IMG/VR virus record: IMGVR_UViG_3300021962_000139
Span: 1-54,163 of that record
DNA: 54,163 nucleotides
Strand: one strand, 5' to 3'
Source: a virus
Lineage: Duplodnaviria; Caudoviricetes
Within the stretch, counting starts at the first letter, position 1; each line of letters begins with the position of its first letter. Shown here one piece after another: positions 39,463 through 48,176 of the stretch. The position numbers and the translations under genes were made by a program. Below the pieces are notes generated by a model. It was not told the DNA's origin. It made no database searches and saw only the letters and a program-made list of their open reading frames with translations.

Positions 39463-39791
39463 CGCTAATACTCCTATAAAATATGTTGTCCATGATTAAC
39501 CCTGTGTCAATCAATCGCAACATGGTGTAATTATGTATTAAATGACAGACAAAAGCCAAAAATAGTAAACTTATTTTTACTAACCTGACATAGTGTCAGG
39601 TTTCGCGTGGTATAAATAAGCCCCTACCCTATACCCACCAACCCAAAACAAAATGGGACTCCGACAGCGTGCTTACGCACTAAGACTTGCATGAATTACT
39701 AGAACAAAATTGAAAACCGCAGACCCCCACCCCCTCTATATAGGAACACCCCCCGTCACTTAAATAAAAGGATGGTTATGTAAAAAATATA

Positions 39792-39918
39792 TTGCACAAT
39801 TTAATAAAAGGCATATAATATTAATCAAGGTATAGATGATCTTCCTTTCATAATTTCTCATCTTTCCTTGTAGTAATTAACTTCCTCATGCCCCGGTAAC
39901 TCTCTGCCGGGGTTTTTT
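39792..39918 (+). ncRNA. Candidate ~90-nt sRNA with its promoter and terminator
   Basis: TTGCAC-16-TATAAT (39792-39819); no + ORF; terminator CCCCGGTA-ACTCTC-TGCCGGGG-T6 (39891-39918). Confidence 0.5.
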
Positions 39919-40015
39919 ATTTATATGGGTATAATGTTTAACGTTTAACGTTAAGCGTTAAATAAGACTGATTCTCATTTCTGCAAAGAAAAACAAAACT
40001 CGATACAATTCGGGT

Positions 40016-40096
40016 ATGAACTTAGATGACTTATTTCACTATATATTATTTGCCTTTATGGCTTGGATGCAGGTATACTTCTTTATAATTCTTTAG
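40016..40096 (+). CDS. Possible leaderless 26-aa hydrophobic peptide
   Basis: MNLDDLFHYILFAFMAWMQVYFFIIL; TACAAT ends 6 nt before the ATG. Confidence 0.3.
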   Translation: MNLDDLFHYILFAFMAWMQVYFFIIL

Positions 40097-40427
40097 GGTC
40101 AAACCCGTATAAGGAGGCTATATGTCTGATGATGGCTTTGAAACGTTTGTTCTCATGGTCATGGTATTCTTGTTCTTTTACTTTGTAACAGTATAGGTGT
40201 GCCATTTCATGAAGTAGTGTTTTGCAGATGGTATCGAAGTGAGCATTGCGAGCGCTACTAATATAGATCGTATTTTCTTCGGGAGCAAACTCACCCATAA
40301 TATCTTTTCGTCTTGTGACTTTTAATTTTATTTGATGAGCTTCTGGCATATTGAGTTTATCAAAAGGTTCCATACGACAGAAAGTCTTATATAAGAGTTT
40401 GAGGTTTGCGTCGGTTAATAGAGTCAT
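40083..40427 (-). CDS. SprT-like zinc metallopeptidase
   Basis: TLLHEMAH...DHENKRF. Confidence 0.75.
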   Translation of the reverse strand: MTLLTDANLKLLYKTFCRMEPFDKLNMPEAHQIKLKVTRRKDIMGEFAPEENTIYISSARNAHFDTICKTLLHEMAHLYCYKVKEQEYHDHENKRFKAIIRHIASLYGFDPKEL

Positions 40428-41461
40428 TTTTTGTAAACCAATCCATTTAACAAGTCTCTATAGTACAAAGCAGCACCCATTGCAGTACCAGCATCATGTG
40501 CTATAGGATCTATAAATATATTTAAATCAGGATTATCTTTTATATAAGCAGGGTTATTAATTTTATTCATAAAATACCCTCCAGACAAAACAATATTTTT
40601 ACATCCAGTTTTTTCTACTGCTTTGCGAATTAATTTATTAGTATGCTCTTTGGTTTCATAATGTAATTTTTTAGCAACACAAGCTTTATCTTTATCTTTT
40701 GTTTTTAAACCTATTTTATCACATTGATTTGCGTCTATACTCATGACTGAATAACCGTGTAGTCCTGTGCTCCATGAAGTGGACGTAAAATTTGTTGAGC
40801 TTTGCATAGCTAAATCACTTAGTTTACCAGAGTCAAAACCACTTGAACCTATTTTTAAGGCGACCACCATATTTGCAAATAACATACCAGGGCTAACAGC
40901 ATTAGATATTAAATAGTCAGTACCAATATTATTTGTTGAAAATTGAGTATATTTATCTTCGCTATTTTTAAAAGAGTTACTATAATGTTTATATACTGCA
41001 GACCCGCCATTATTATCAAGTTTGTAAATAGATTCTATTTCTCTATAGTTTGGATTATTACCCATATAAGTTCCAAAACCATCAGATACTAATGCGGCGC
41101 ATTCTTCAAAGTTTGATAAGTGTTTAGCTCTAATAGCATGATATAAATGATGGTGGTCAGGAAACCACTTAACCTCTTTTACTTCACATCCCTTTTTTAT
41201 TTGCTCTAAAATAAGTTTATAGCAATCTATATCTAAACTATCTGGGACAGCTCGAACAGAACCAAAGACAATATGGTCTATAGATTGTTTACCTATAACA
41301 TCAAACAGCTCTGATAAAATGGGTTGCATGTTCCAATTTGACTTATGAAAAGATTCTAAATATTTATTAAGTAATTCACCGAAGTAAATAATGTCTTTGT
41401 TTTTATTTATTAAACAAACTGATGGATTGTGAGAAGTATTAACTCCTAGTATATATGACAT
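40424..41461 (-). CDS. Carbamoyltransferase (NodU/CmcH) N-terminal Kae1-like domain protein
   Basis: ILGVNTSHN, HHHLYHA, DGFG, LSGGYFMN and DAGTAMGAA motifs. Confidence 0.8.
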   Translation of the reverse strand: MSYILGVNTSHNPSVCLINKNKDIIYFGELLNKYLESFHKSNWNMQPILSELFDVIGKQSIDHIVFGSVRAVPDSLDIDCYKLILEQIKKGCEVKEVKWFPDHHHLYHAIRAKHLSNFEECAALVSDGFGTYMGNNPNYREIESIYKLDNNGGSAVYKHYSNSFKNSEDKYTQFSTNNIGTDYLISNAVSPGMLFANMVVALKIGSSGFDSGKLSDLAMQSSTNFTSTSWSTGLHGYSVMSIDANQCDKIGLKTKDKDKACVAKKLHYETKEHTNKLIRKAVEKTGCKNIVLSGGYFMNKINNPAYIKDNPDLNIFIDPIAHDAGTAMGAALYYRDLLNGLVYKK

Positions 41462-41533
41462 TTAAGACCAAGCCTTTCCGAGTGACCATAAATTAATAGG
41501 ACCAAATTCTATATCTTTCCATTCTATTTGCAT
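41462..41533 (-). CDS. Possible 23-aa peptide
   Basis: MQIEWKDIEFGPINLWSLGKAWS exactly fills the gap between its neighbours. Confidence 0.35.
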   Translation of the reverse strand: MQIEWKDIEFGPINLWSLGKAWS

Positions 41534-41724
41534 GTGGGATACTTTGGAATAAAGTTCTGTGGGAGTTGAACATAGTCTTGATATAGGCATGCAGTTGACC
41601 ATGCTTCTTTTTGTTCCTTTTTTAAACATTCATTAAAATATTGTGTGGCATGCGCACACGATTCAAAGTTGCCGATATATTCTCGGCTGTCATTTAAATA
41701 CAAAACTAATACCCACTCAAACAT
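41524..41724 (-). CDS. Small Cys-containing hypothetical protein
   Basis: MFEWVLVLYL...FESCAHA pattern. Confidence 0.6.
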   Translation of the reverse strand: MFEWVLVLYLNDSREYIGNFESCAHATQYFNECLKKEQKEAWSTACLYQDYVQLPQNFIPKYPTCK

Positions 41725-41808
41725 TTTAACATTATACCCTTTTTTATAAAGTATGTTACAATTCCGTTTATTAGCTGCAAATTATTTTCAAAGGTGTAAC
41801 AGCGACAC

Positions 41809-42378
41809 ATGACAGAGTTAAATCAAACTATAGTAATACCAATTATAGAGGACAATATTCCTATACCTAAAAATGCGAGAGAGGCATTACCAGAGCTTAC
41901 TCCGCAAGAAGAATTAGAACTAAGATCAAACACAGTTAAACTCTTAGCTGACATTAACGGAGATACTATGAATCTTAGTGATAAGAATATTGAAGATGCT
42001 GAAAAGATTGCAAAAGAAATGATGGAGAACCCAAGTTTACGCCCTGATTTTGGTAATTATCCTAATGAAACAATAGCTTATTTATCAGGTCTAGTTGCAC
42101 AAACAAGTCATATGGTAGCAAAAGACCTAGCTGATATTAAATTATCTGTATTAAATGGGCTATTACAAGAGGCAGCAACGGCTAAATCAGCTAGAGAACG
42201 TATTTCAGCATGGTCTAAGATAGGCGAAATCGACGGAGTAGATGCGTTTAAGAAAAAAACTGAGGTGACTCACATCACTAAATCAGGTAAAGAGCTAGAA
42301 GAAGAGCTTAAAAAAGCTATTGAGGATCTAAAAGGCAAGATTGTTCAGGGAGAGGTAGTCGAGAACGATGACAATTAG
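41809..42378 (+). CDS. Putative terminase small subunit
   Basis: Helical protein immediately upstream of, and overlapping, terL. Confidence 0.55.
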   Translation: MTELNQTIVIPIIEDNIPIPKNAREALPELTPQEELELRSNTVKLLADINGDTMNLSDKNIEDAEKIAKEMMENPSLRPDFGNYPNETIAYLSGLVAQTSHMVAKDLADIKLSVLNGLLQEAATAKSARERISAWSKIGEIDGVDAFKKKTEVTHITKSGKELEEELKKAIEDLKGKIVQGEVVENDDN

Positions 42379-43897
42379 TAAAAAAGACCTTGATTTGTTA
42401 GAAAAAGCGCTTCCTTTAATGTCTGAAAGTGAAAGAAGAGAAAAACTACAATTATTAATAGCTTATAAAAATGAATTAACTAAGGAAAAAGGGGCAGAAC
42501 ACTTTTTAGATTTTATAAAACATGTATACCCCAACTATATTATAGGAGATCATCATCGTAAACTGGCTCAACTCTTTGAAGACATCGCTAACGGAAAGAA
42601 AAAACGAATTATTGTTAATATTGCTCCTCGACATGGAAAGAGCGAACTCATTTCGTACCTCGCCCCCGCGTGGTTTTTGGGTAAGCACCCGGCTAAGAAG
42701 GTTATCATGGCATCGCATACAGCTGACCTTGCAGTTAATTTCGGTCGTCGAGTGCGTAACCTCGTGGGTAGTGACGCATATAAAGATGTGTTTCCAAACA
42801 TTGAGCTCCAAGCAGACTCAAAGTCGGCTTCTCGTTGGGGTACTAACTTTAATGGTGAGTATTTTGCCATTGGTGTTGGCGGCGCTCTTGCTGGACGTGG
42901 GGCTGACCTATTTATCATCGACGACCCTCACTCAGAACAAGATGCAAAGCTCGGAAAACCGGATGTATTCCTCCCCGCTTGGGAATGGTTTCAATCGGGT
43001 CCCTTACAACGGCTTATGCCAGGGGGAGCCATTATCGTCGTTATGACGCGATGGTCTAAGCTAGACCTCACAGGGCAGATTGTTAATCAGATGATTAAGA
43101 ATGAAGATGTAGATGACTGGGAAGTTGTTGAATTTCCTGCAATTTTACAAAATAAAAACGGTGAAGAGGTTCCTTTATGGCCTGAGTTTTGGCCCTTAGA
43201 AGAATTACAGTCTAGACGAGCAGCATTAGATGTTCGATATTGGAATGCTCAATATTTACAAAACCCAGTATCGGAAGAGGGCGCATTAATTAAACGAGAT
43301 TGGTGGAATATATGGGAAAAAGAAGATCCTCCGCCTTGTGAGTTTACAATAATGACGTTAGACGCAGCTCAAGAGGCAAATAATAGGTCAGATTATAACG
43401 GTTTGACCGTGTGGGGCGTATTTTTTAACGAAGAAACCAATAATTATAATATAATACTATTGAATGCAATAAAGAAACGACTAGAATTCCCAGAGTTAAA
43501 GCAACTTTGCATAGAAGAATATAAAGAATGGGAACCTGATGCCTTTGTTGTTGAAAAGAAATCTAACGGGGCTGCACTTTACCAAGAGTTCAGGCGTATG
43601 GGTATTCCCGTTGGAGAATTTACTCCAGGAAAAGGACAGGATAAGATTAGTCGTGTAAATGCTATTTCAGATTTATTTAGTTCTGGTATAGTATGGGCTC
43701 CAGATAGAAGATGGGCACACGAAGTTATAGAAGAGTGTAATGATTTTCCAAGTGGCGCAAATGATGACTTAGTTGACGCAACTACTCTGGCTTTAATGAG
43801 ATTCAGACAAGGTGGATTTATAAGGTTACCCAGTGATGAAGAAGATGATATACCTGGTTTTAGAAGTTATGCTCAAAAGCGGTTATACGCTATATAG
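42368..43897 (+). CDS. terL: Terminase large subunit
   Basis: APRHGKS, GRGADLFIIDDP, VMTRW and DDLVDA motifs. Confidence 0.95.
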   Translation: MTISKKDLDLLEKALPLMSESERREKLQLLIAYKNELTKEKGAEHFLDFIKHVYPNYIIGDHHRKLAQLFEDIANGKKKRIIVNIAPRHGKSELISYLAPAWFLGKHPAKKVIMASHTADLAVNFGRRVRNLVGSDAYKDVFPNIELQADSKSASRWGTNFNGEYFAIGVGGALAGRGADLFIIDDPHSEQDAKLGKPDVFLPAWEWFQSGPLQRLMPGGAIIVVMTRWSKLDLTGQIVNQMIKNEDVDDWEVVEFPAILQNKNGEEVPLWPEFWPLEELQSRRAALDVRYWNAQYLQNPVSEEGALIKRDWWNIWEKEDPPPCEFTIMTLDAAQEANNRSDYNGLTVWGVFFNEETNNYNIILLNAIKKRLEFPELKQLCIEEYKEWEPDAFVVEKKSNGAALYQEFRRMGIPVGEFTPGKGQDKISRVNAISDLFSSGIVWAPDRRWAHEVIEECNDFPSGANDDLVDATTLALMRFRQGGFIRLPSDEEDDIPGFRSYAQKRLYAI

Positions 43898-43980
43898 AGT
43901 TGTAAAAATTACAAATTTAATACTTTTAATTATCGTAAATTTGGTAGAAATACAAATTAAAAAACTTTTAGGAAAATATA

Positions 43981-46515
43981 ATGGCAGTTAATGATATAGA
44001 TAAAGGAATAGCTCAAGCACCAAGAGGTATAGATGACATGATGGCTAAAATGGCTAACATGGAACCTGATATTGAGATTGAGATAGAAGACCCAGAAGAA
44101 GTCAGTATTAAAGCTGGTGGGTTAGAGATTGAAATTGATCCTGACGAAATGGATGATGGATTCGGCGATAACTTAGCCGAAGAAATGGATGATGATTTAC
44201 TTCAGAATTTAGCCAGTGATTTATTAGAAGAATATGAAGGTGACTTATCTGCACGACGTGATTGGTTAGATACATATGTAGATGGTTTAGATTTATTAGG
44301 ATTAAAATTAGAAGACAGAACTGAGCCTTGGGAAGGAGCATGTAATGTCTATCACCCACTCTTAACAGAAACTCTAGTTAAGTTTCAAGCAGAAACAATG
44401 ACTGAAACATTCCCTGCAGCAGGTCCAGTCAAAACTCAAATTATTGGAAAAATAACAGAAGCTAAAGAAGAAGCAGCTAATCGTGTAAAAGACGATATGA
44501 ACTATCAGCTTACAGATGTTATGACTGAGTATCGCCCAGAACATGAACGTATGTTGTGGGGTCTTGGATTAGCAGGTAATGCTTTCAAAAAAGTTTATTA
44601 TGATCCAAGTTTAGAACGACAAGTTTCTATGTATATCCCTGCTGAAGATCTTGTAGTTCCTTATGGAGCCTCAGATTTAGAATCAGCAGAACGTGTCACT
44701 CATGTGATGCGTAAGACAAAAAATGAAGTACGAAAATTACAAGTCGCAGGATTCTATCGTGATGTAGAATTAGGTGAACCTTCACATGACTTAGAAGAAG
44801 TTGAGAAGAAGATTGCTGAAAAGATGGGGTTCAGTGCAACCACAGATAATCGGTTTAAACTTCTTGAAATGCATATTGACTTAGATTTAGAAGGTTATGA
44901 AGATGAAGATGATGGAGAAAAAACAGGAATTGCACTTCCATATGTTGTAACCATTGAACGATCTACACAAACAATTTTAGCTATTAGGCGTAATTGGAAT
45001 CCTGATGATGATACAAAACAAAAACGTCAACACTTTGTACATTATGGTTACGTTCCAGGATTTGGATTTTACTGTTTTGGTTTAATTCATTTAATTGGTG
45101 CCTTTGCAAAATCAGGCACAATGATTCTACGTCAGTTAGTTGATGCAGGAACATTATCAAACTTACCAGGTGGATTTAAATCACGTGGTCTTAGAATTAA
45201 AGGAGATGACACACCAATTGCTCCAGCTGAGTTCCGTGATGTCGATGTACCATCAGGCACAATTAGAGATAATATCTTACCACTACCTTATAAAGAGCCA
45301 AGTCAAGTTCTTAATCAGTTAATGATTCAAATTATTGAAGAAGGTAGACGATTTGCTTCTGCTGCTGATTTAAAAGTATCAGATATGTCAGCTAATTCTC
45401 CTGTTGGAACTACACTTGCAATTCTTGAAAGAACATTAAAAGTAATGAGTGCTGTTCAAGCTCGTATTCATTATGCAATGAAACAAGAATTTAAACTCTT
45501 AAAAAATATTATTCGTGATTATACTGATGAAGAGTACTCATATGAACCAGATCAAGGAGATGAGTATGTTAAAAAATCTGACTATGATATTGTAGAAGTT
45601 ATTCCTGTGTCAGATCCTAACGCTGCAACAATGTCACAAAAAGTTGTGCAATATCAAGCAGTCATGCAGTTAGCACAAGCTAATCCAGATATTTATGACA
45701 TGGTTGAACTCAACAAACAGATGTTAGATGTATTGGGTGTCAAGAATATTGATAAGCTTATACCAAATACAAAAAATATGAAACCTGCAGATCCTGTATC
45801 AGAAAATATGAACATCATTAACCTCAAACCAGTTAAAGCATTTATCTATCAAGATCATCAAGCTCACATTGATGTGCATTTAGCTTTTGCAAATGATCCT
45901 AAGATTAAAGAACTTGTTGGACAAAGTCCAAAAGCAGGTGAAGTACAAGCAGCACTCGACGCTCACGTCGCAGAACATTTAGCATTCTTATATAGACAAC
46001 AGATTGAAGAACAATTAGGTGTTCCATTACCCAAACCAAATGAAGTTCTTCCTGAAGATGCAGAACTAGAAGTATCTCGACTACTTTCACGAGCAGCACA
46101 ACAACTACTTGGTAAAAATGAACAAGAAGTTGCACAACAACAAGCTGCGGCTCAAGCACAAGACCCACTCACTCAAATTCAACAACGTGAGTTAGCAATC
46201 AAAGAACAAGAGGCGCAAGCAAAAGCTCAGAAAATGATGGCTGATGCACAACTTGAACAAGCTAAATTCCAACAAGAATTACAAGCTAGAGCTCAAGAAA
46301 TGCAAACAACGGCTGAACTTGAAAAAGCTAAACTTGAACTTGAAAAAATGAGAATTGATTCACAAGAAAGAATCGCTGGAGCTAAACTCGGAGCCGAAGC
46401 AGTCTTGAAAGATAAACAACTTAAATCTGATGAGCTGATGGAGGGCGCTAAGCTTGGAGTAAATGTTGTTCAACAAGATAAACAACTCGAGGCAAATAAA
46501 AAACGAAAGGACTAA
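43981..46515 (+). CDS. Portal protein (P22-like, with C-terminal barrel)
   Basis: 844 aa after terL; KKVYYD motif; long Q/A/E coiled-coil C-terminus. Confidence 0.85.
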   Translation: MAVNDIDKGIAQAPRGIDDMMAKMANMEPDIEIEIEDPEEVSIKAGGLEIEIDPDEMDDGFGDNLAEEMDDDLLQNLASDLLEEYEGDLSARRDWLDTYVDGLDLLGLKLEDRTEPWEGACNVYHPLLTETLVKFQAETMTETFPAAGPVKTQIIGKITEAKEEAANRVKDDMNYQLTDVMTEYRPEHERMLWGLGLAGNAFKKVYYDPSLERQVSMYIPAEDLVVPYGASDLESAERVTHVMRKTKNEVRKLQVAGFYRDVELGEPSHDLEEVEKKIAEKMGFSATTDNRFKLLEMHIDLDLEGYEDEDDGEKTGIALPYVVTIERSTQTILAIRRNWNPDDDTKQKRQHFVHYGYVPGFGFYCFGLIHLIGAFAKSGTMILRQLVDAGTLSNLPGGFKSRGLRIKGDDTPIAPAEFRDVDVPSGTIRDNILPLPYKEPSQVLNQLMIQIIEEGRRFASAADLKVSDMSANSPVGTTLAILERTLKVMSAVQARIHYAMKQEFKLLKNIIRDYTDEEYSYEPDQGDEYVKKSDYDIVEVIPVSDPNAATMSQKVVQYQAVMQLAQANPDIYDMVELNKQMLDVLGVKNIDKLIPNTKNMKPADPVSENMNIINLKPVKAFIYQDHQAHIDVHLAFANDPKIKELVGQSPKAGEVQAALDAHVAEHLAFLYRQQIEEQLGVPLPKPNEVLPEDAELEVSRLLSRAAQQLLGKNEQEVAQQQAAAQAQDPLTQIQQRELAIKEQEAQAKAQKMMADAQLEQAKFQQELQARAQEMQTTAELEKAKLELEKMRIDSQERIAGAKLGAEAVLKDKQLKSDELMEGAKLGVNVVQQDKQLEANKKRKD

Positions 46516-46518
46516 CGT

Positions 46519-46713
46519 ATGTTAGAAAGCACGTTAAAACTTTTAACTGAGAAGTTAGAAGAAGAACGCAGAAATATTTTAGAAAATTTAGGTGATGGTA
46601 CAGCAACTGATTATGCTCATTACCAATACAGTGCAGGCATTATTCGGGGTCTCATGGTTGCACAAAGACACATAGCAGACCTTGCAAAAAATATGGAGAT
46701 GGACGATGACTGA
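46519..46713 (+). CDS. Small conserved head-module protein
   Basis: DYAHYQYSAGIIRGL pattern between portal and GroES; AAGGA RBS. Confidence 0.7.
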   Translation: MLESTLKLLTEKLEEERRNILENLGDGTATDYAHYQYSAGIIRGLMVAQRHIADLAKNMEMDDD

Positions 46714-47125
46714 GATCATTACGCCAAATAAAACTATTGTAGATTTAAAAGGCAAGAAAGTTACAGCCGAAGAACCTAAACAAGAACAAAAACCCACTCA
46801 ATTACCAGACGTTAAAGGCTATCGCATTTTATGTGCTGTACCTTCTGTTGATGACAAGTATGAGAGTGGAATTATTAAAGCAGATAAGACAAGACACATT
46901 GAAGAACATTCAACTGTGGTTTTATTTGTTATTAAAATGGGTGATATGGCTTATGCTGATAAGGATAGATTCCCAACAGGACCCTGGTGCAAAGAAGGAG
47001 ACTTCGTAATCACTAGAGCATATTCTGGAACTCGAATCAAGATACATGGAAGAGAGTTTCGCATTATTAACGATGATACCGTAGAAGCAGTGGTCGATGA
47101 TCCACGTGGCTACGAACGCGCATAA
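46706..47125 (+). CDS. groES: Co-chaperonin GroES-like protein
   Basis: GYRIL, SGII, PWCKEGDFV, YSGTRI and INDD motifs; start after GGAG. Confidence 0.85.
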   Translation: MTEIITPNKTIVDLKGKKVTAEEPKQEQKPTQLPDVKGYRILCAVPSVDDKYESGIIKADKTRHIEEHSTVVLFVIKMGDMAYADKDRFPTGPWCKEGDFVITRAYSGTRIKIHGREFRIINDDTVEAVVDDPRGYERA

Positions 47126-47135
47126 GGAGTAAAGC

Positions 47136-48176
47136 ATGGTAAAAATTGTAAATGAAATACCTGACGAACTAAAAGACGATGAGTCTATGGAAGTAGATTT
47201 AACGCCTCAGGACAAAGAAGATTATGAAGAAGCGGTAGAGGCAAAGAAAGAAGAAGCCGCTCCTAAACAAGAACTTGATTTTGAAATTGAAGAGGAAGAT
47301 GATACCCCTCCACAAGATAGAAATCGTGAACCCCTACCTGATAATATTAAACAAGAGTTAGAAGAAGATAATCTTGAGGAATATTCTGATCGCGTTAAAC
47401 AAAGAATGGCACAGCTTAAAAAAGCGTGGCATGACGAAAGACGAGCAAAAGAAGCAGAGGCTCGTGAAAGAGAAGAAGCGATAAAATATGCTCAGCACAT
47501 TATTAATGAAAATAATAGATTAAAAACTACATTAAGTGCTGGAGAAGAAGATTATATTAAGACACTTAAAGATGCTTATGATAAAGACTTGGCACTAGCT
47601 AAAAGGGAATATCGTGAAGCTTATGATTCTGGAGATCCAGATAAAATAAGTGAAGCACAATCTAAAATTAGTGAAGCTCAATATAAAATACTACAAGCTC
47701 AACAATTAAAACCTCAGTTTACAAAAGAAGCTTTACAAGAAGAGCAGAATAGTAGACAATATGAGCAAGAAAGATTATTTCAGCCTAAAACTGCTCAGCC
47801 AGATGAAAAAGCTTTAAATTGGCAAGCTAAGAATACTTGGTTTGGTAAAAATAAAGTTATGACAGCTACTGCTTTAGGACTGCATGATGAACTACTCAGT
47901 GAGGGCATTAACCCAACATCTGATATATATTACCGTCGTATAGATAATACGATGCATAAACTATTCCCAGAACACTTTGGGGAAACTGAATCGTTGGAAG
48001 GACAACCTGCCCAACGCACTACAAAACCTTCTACTGTTGTTGCTCCTGCAACTAGGTCTACTTCGCCTAAAAAAGTGAAATTGACTAAAACACAGTTATC
48101 TTTAGTTAAAAAACTTAAGATAACACCAGAGCAATATGCAAGAGAATTTTTAAAAACGGAGAACGCAAATGGATAA
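47136..48176 (+). CDS. Putative scaffolding protein
   Basis: Acidic N-terminus, coiled coil, WQAKNTWF, C-terminal ITPEQYA. Confidence 0.7.
   Translation: MVKIVNEIPDELKDDESMEVDLTPQDKEDYEEAVEAKKEEAAPKQELDFEIEEEDDTPPQDRNREPLPDNIKQELEEDNLEEYSDRVKQRMAQLKKAWHDERRAKEAEAREREEAIKYAQHIINENNRLKTTLSAGEEDYIKTLKDAYDKDLALAKREYREAYDSGDPDKISEAQSKISEAQYKILQAQQLKPQFTKEALQEEQNSRQYEQERLFQPKTAQPDEKALNWQAKNTWFGKNKVMTATALGLHDELLSEGINPTSDIYYRRIDNTMHKLFPEHFGETESLEGQPAQRTTKPSTVVAPATRSTSPKKVKLTKTQLSLVKKLKITPEQYAREFLKTENANG

Larger units (their letters stand above)
29696..39600. repeat. Dispersed family of 11 palindromic 17-bp sites, CCTGACA-N3-TGTCAGG
   Basis: Copies start at 29696, 32499, 33420, 34575, 35677, 36645, 37375, 37718, 38408, 38535 and 39584; at most 1 mismatch in the arms. 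Confidence 0.92.

Noticed and set aside
29696-39600. Palindromes as a CRISPR array, integron attC sites or matS sites
   Set aside because: Spacing is irregular and gene-sized; no cas operon or integron integrase; too short for attC; spacer differs from matS (GTGACRNYGTCAC)
39937-39962. Protelomerase (telRL) site
   Set aside because: Shorter than known tel palindromes and no protelomerase gene is visible
42506-43046. Three alternative ORFs inside terL
   Set aside because: Explained by locally higher GC and fewer stop codons; no RBS or protein-like features
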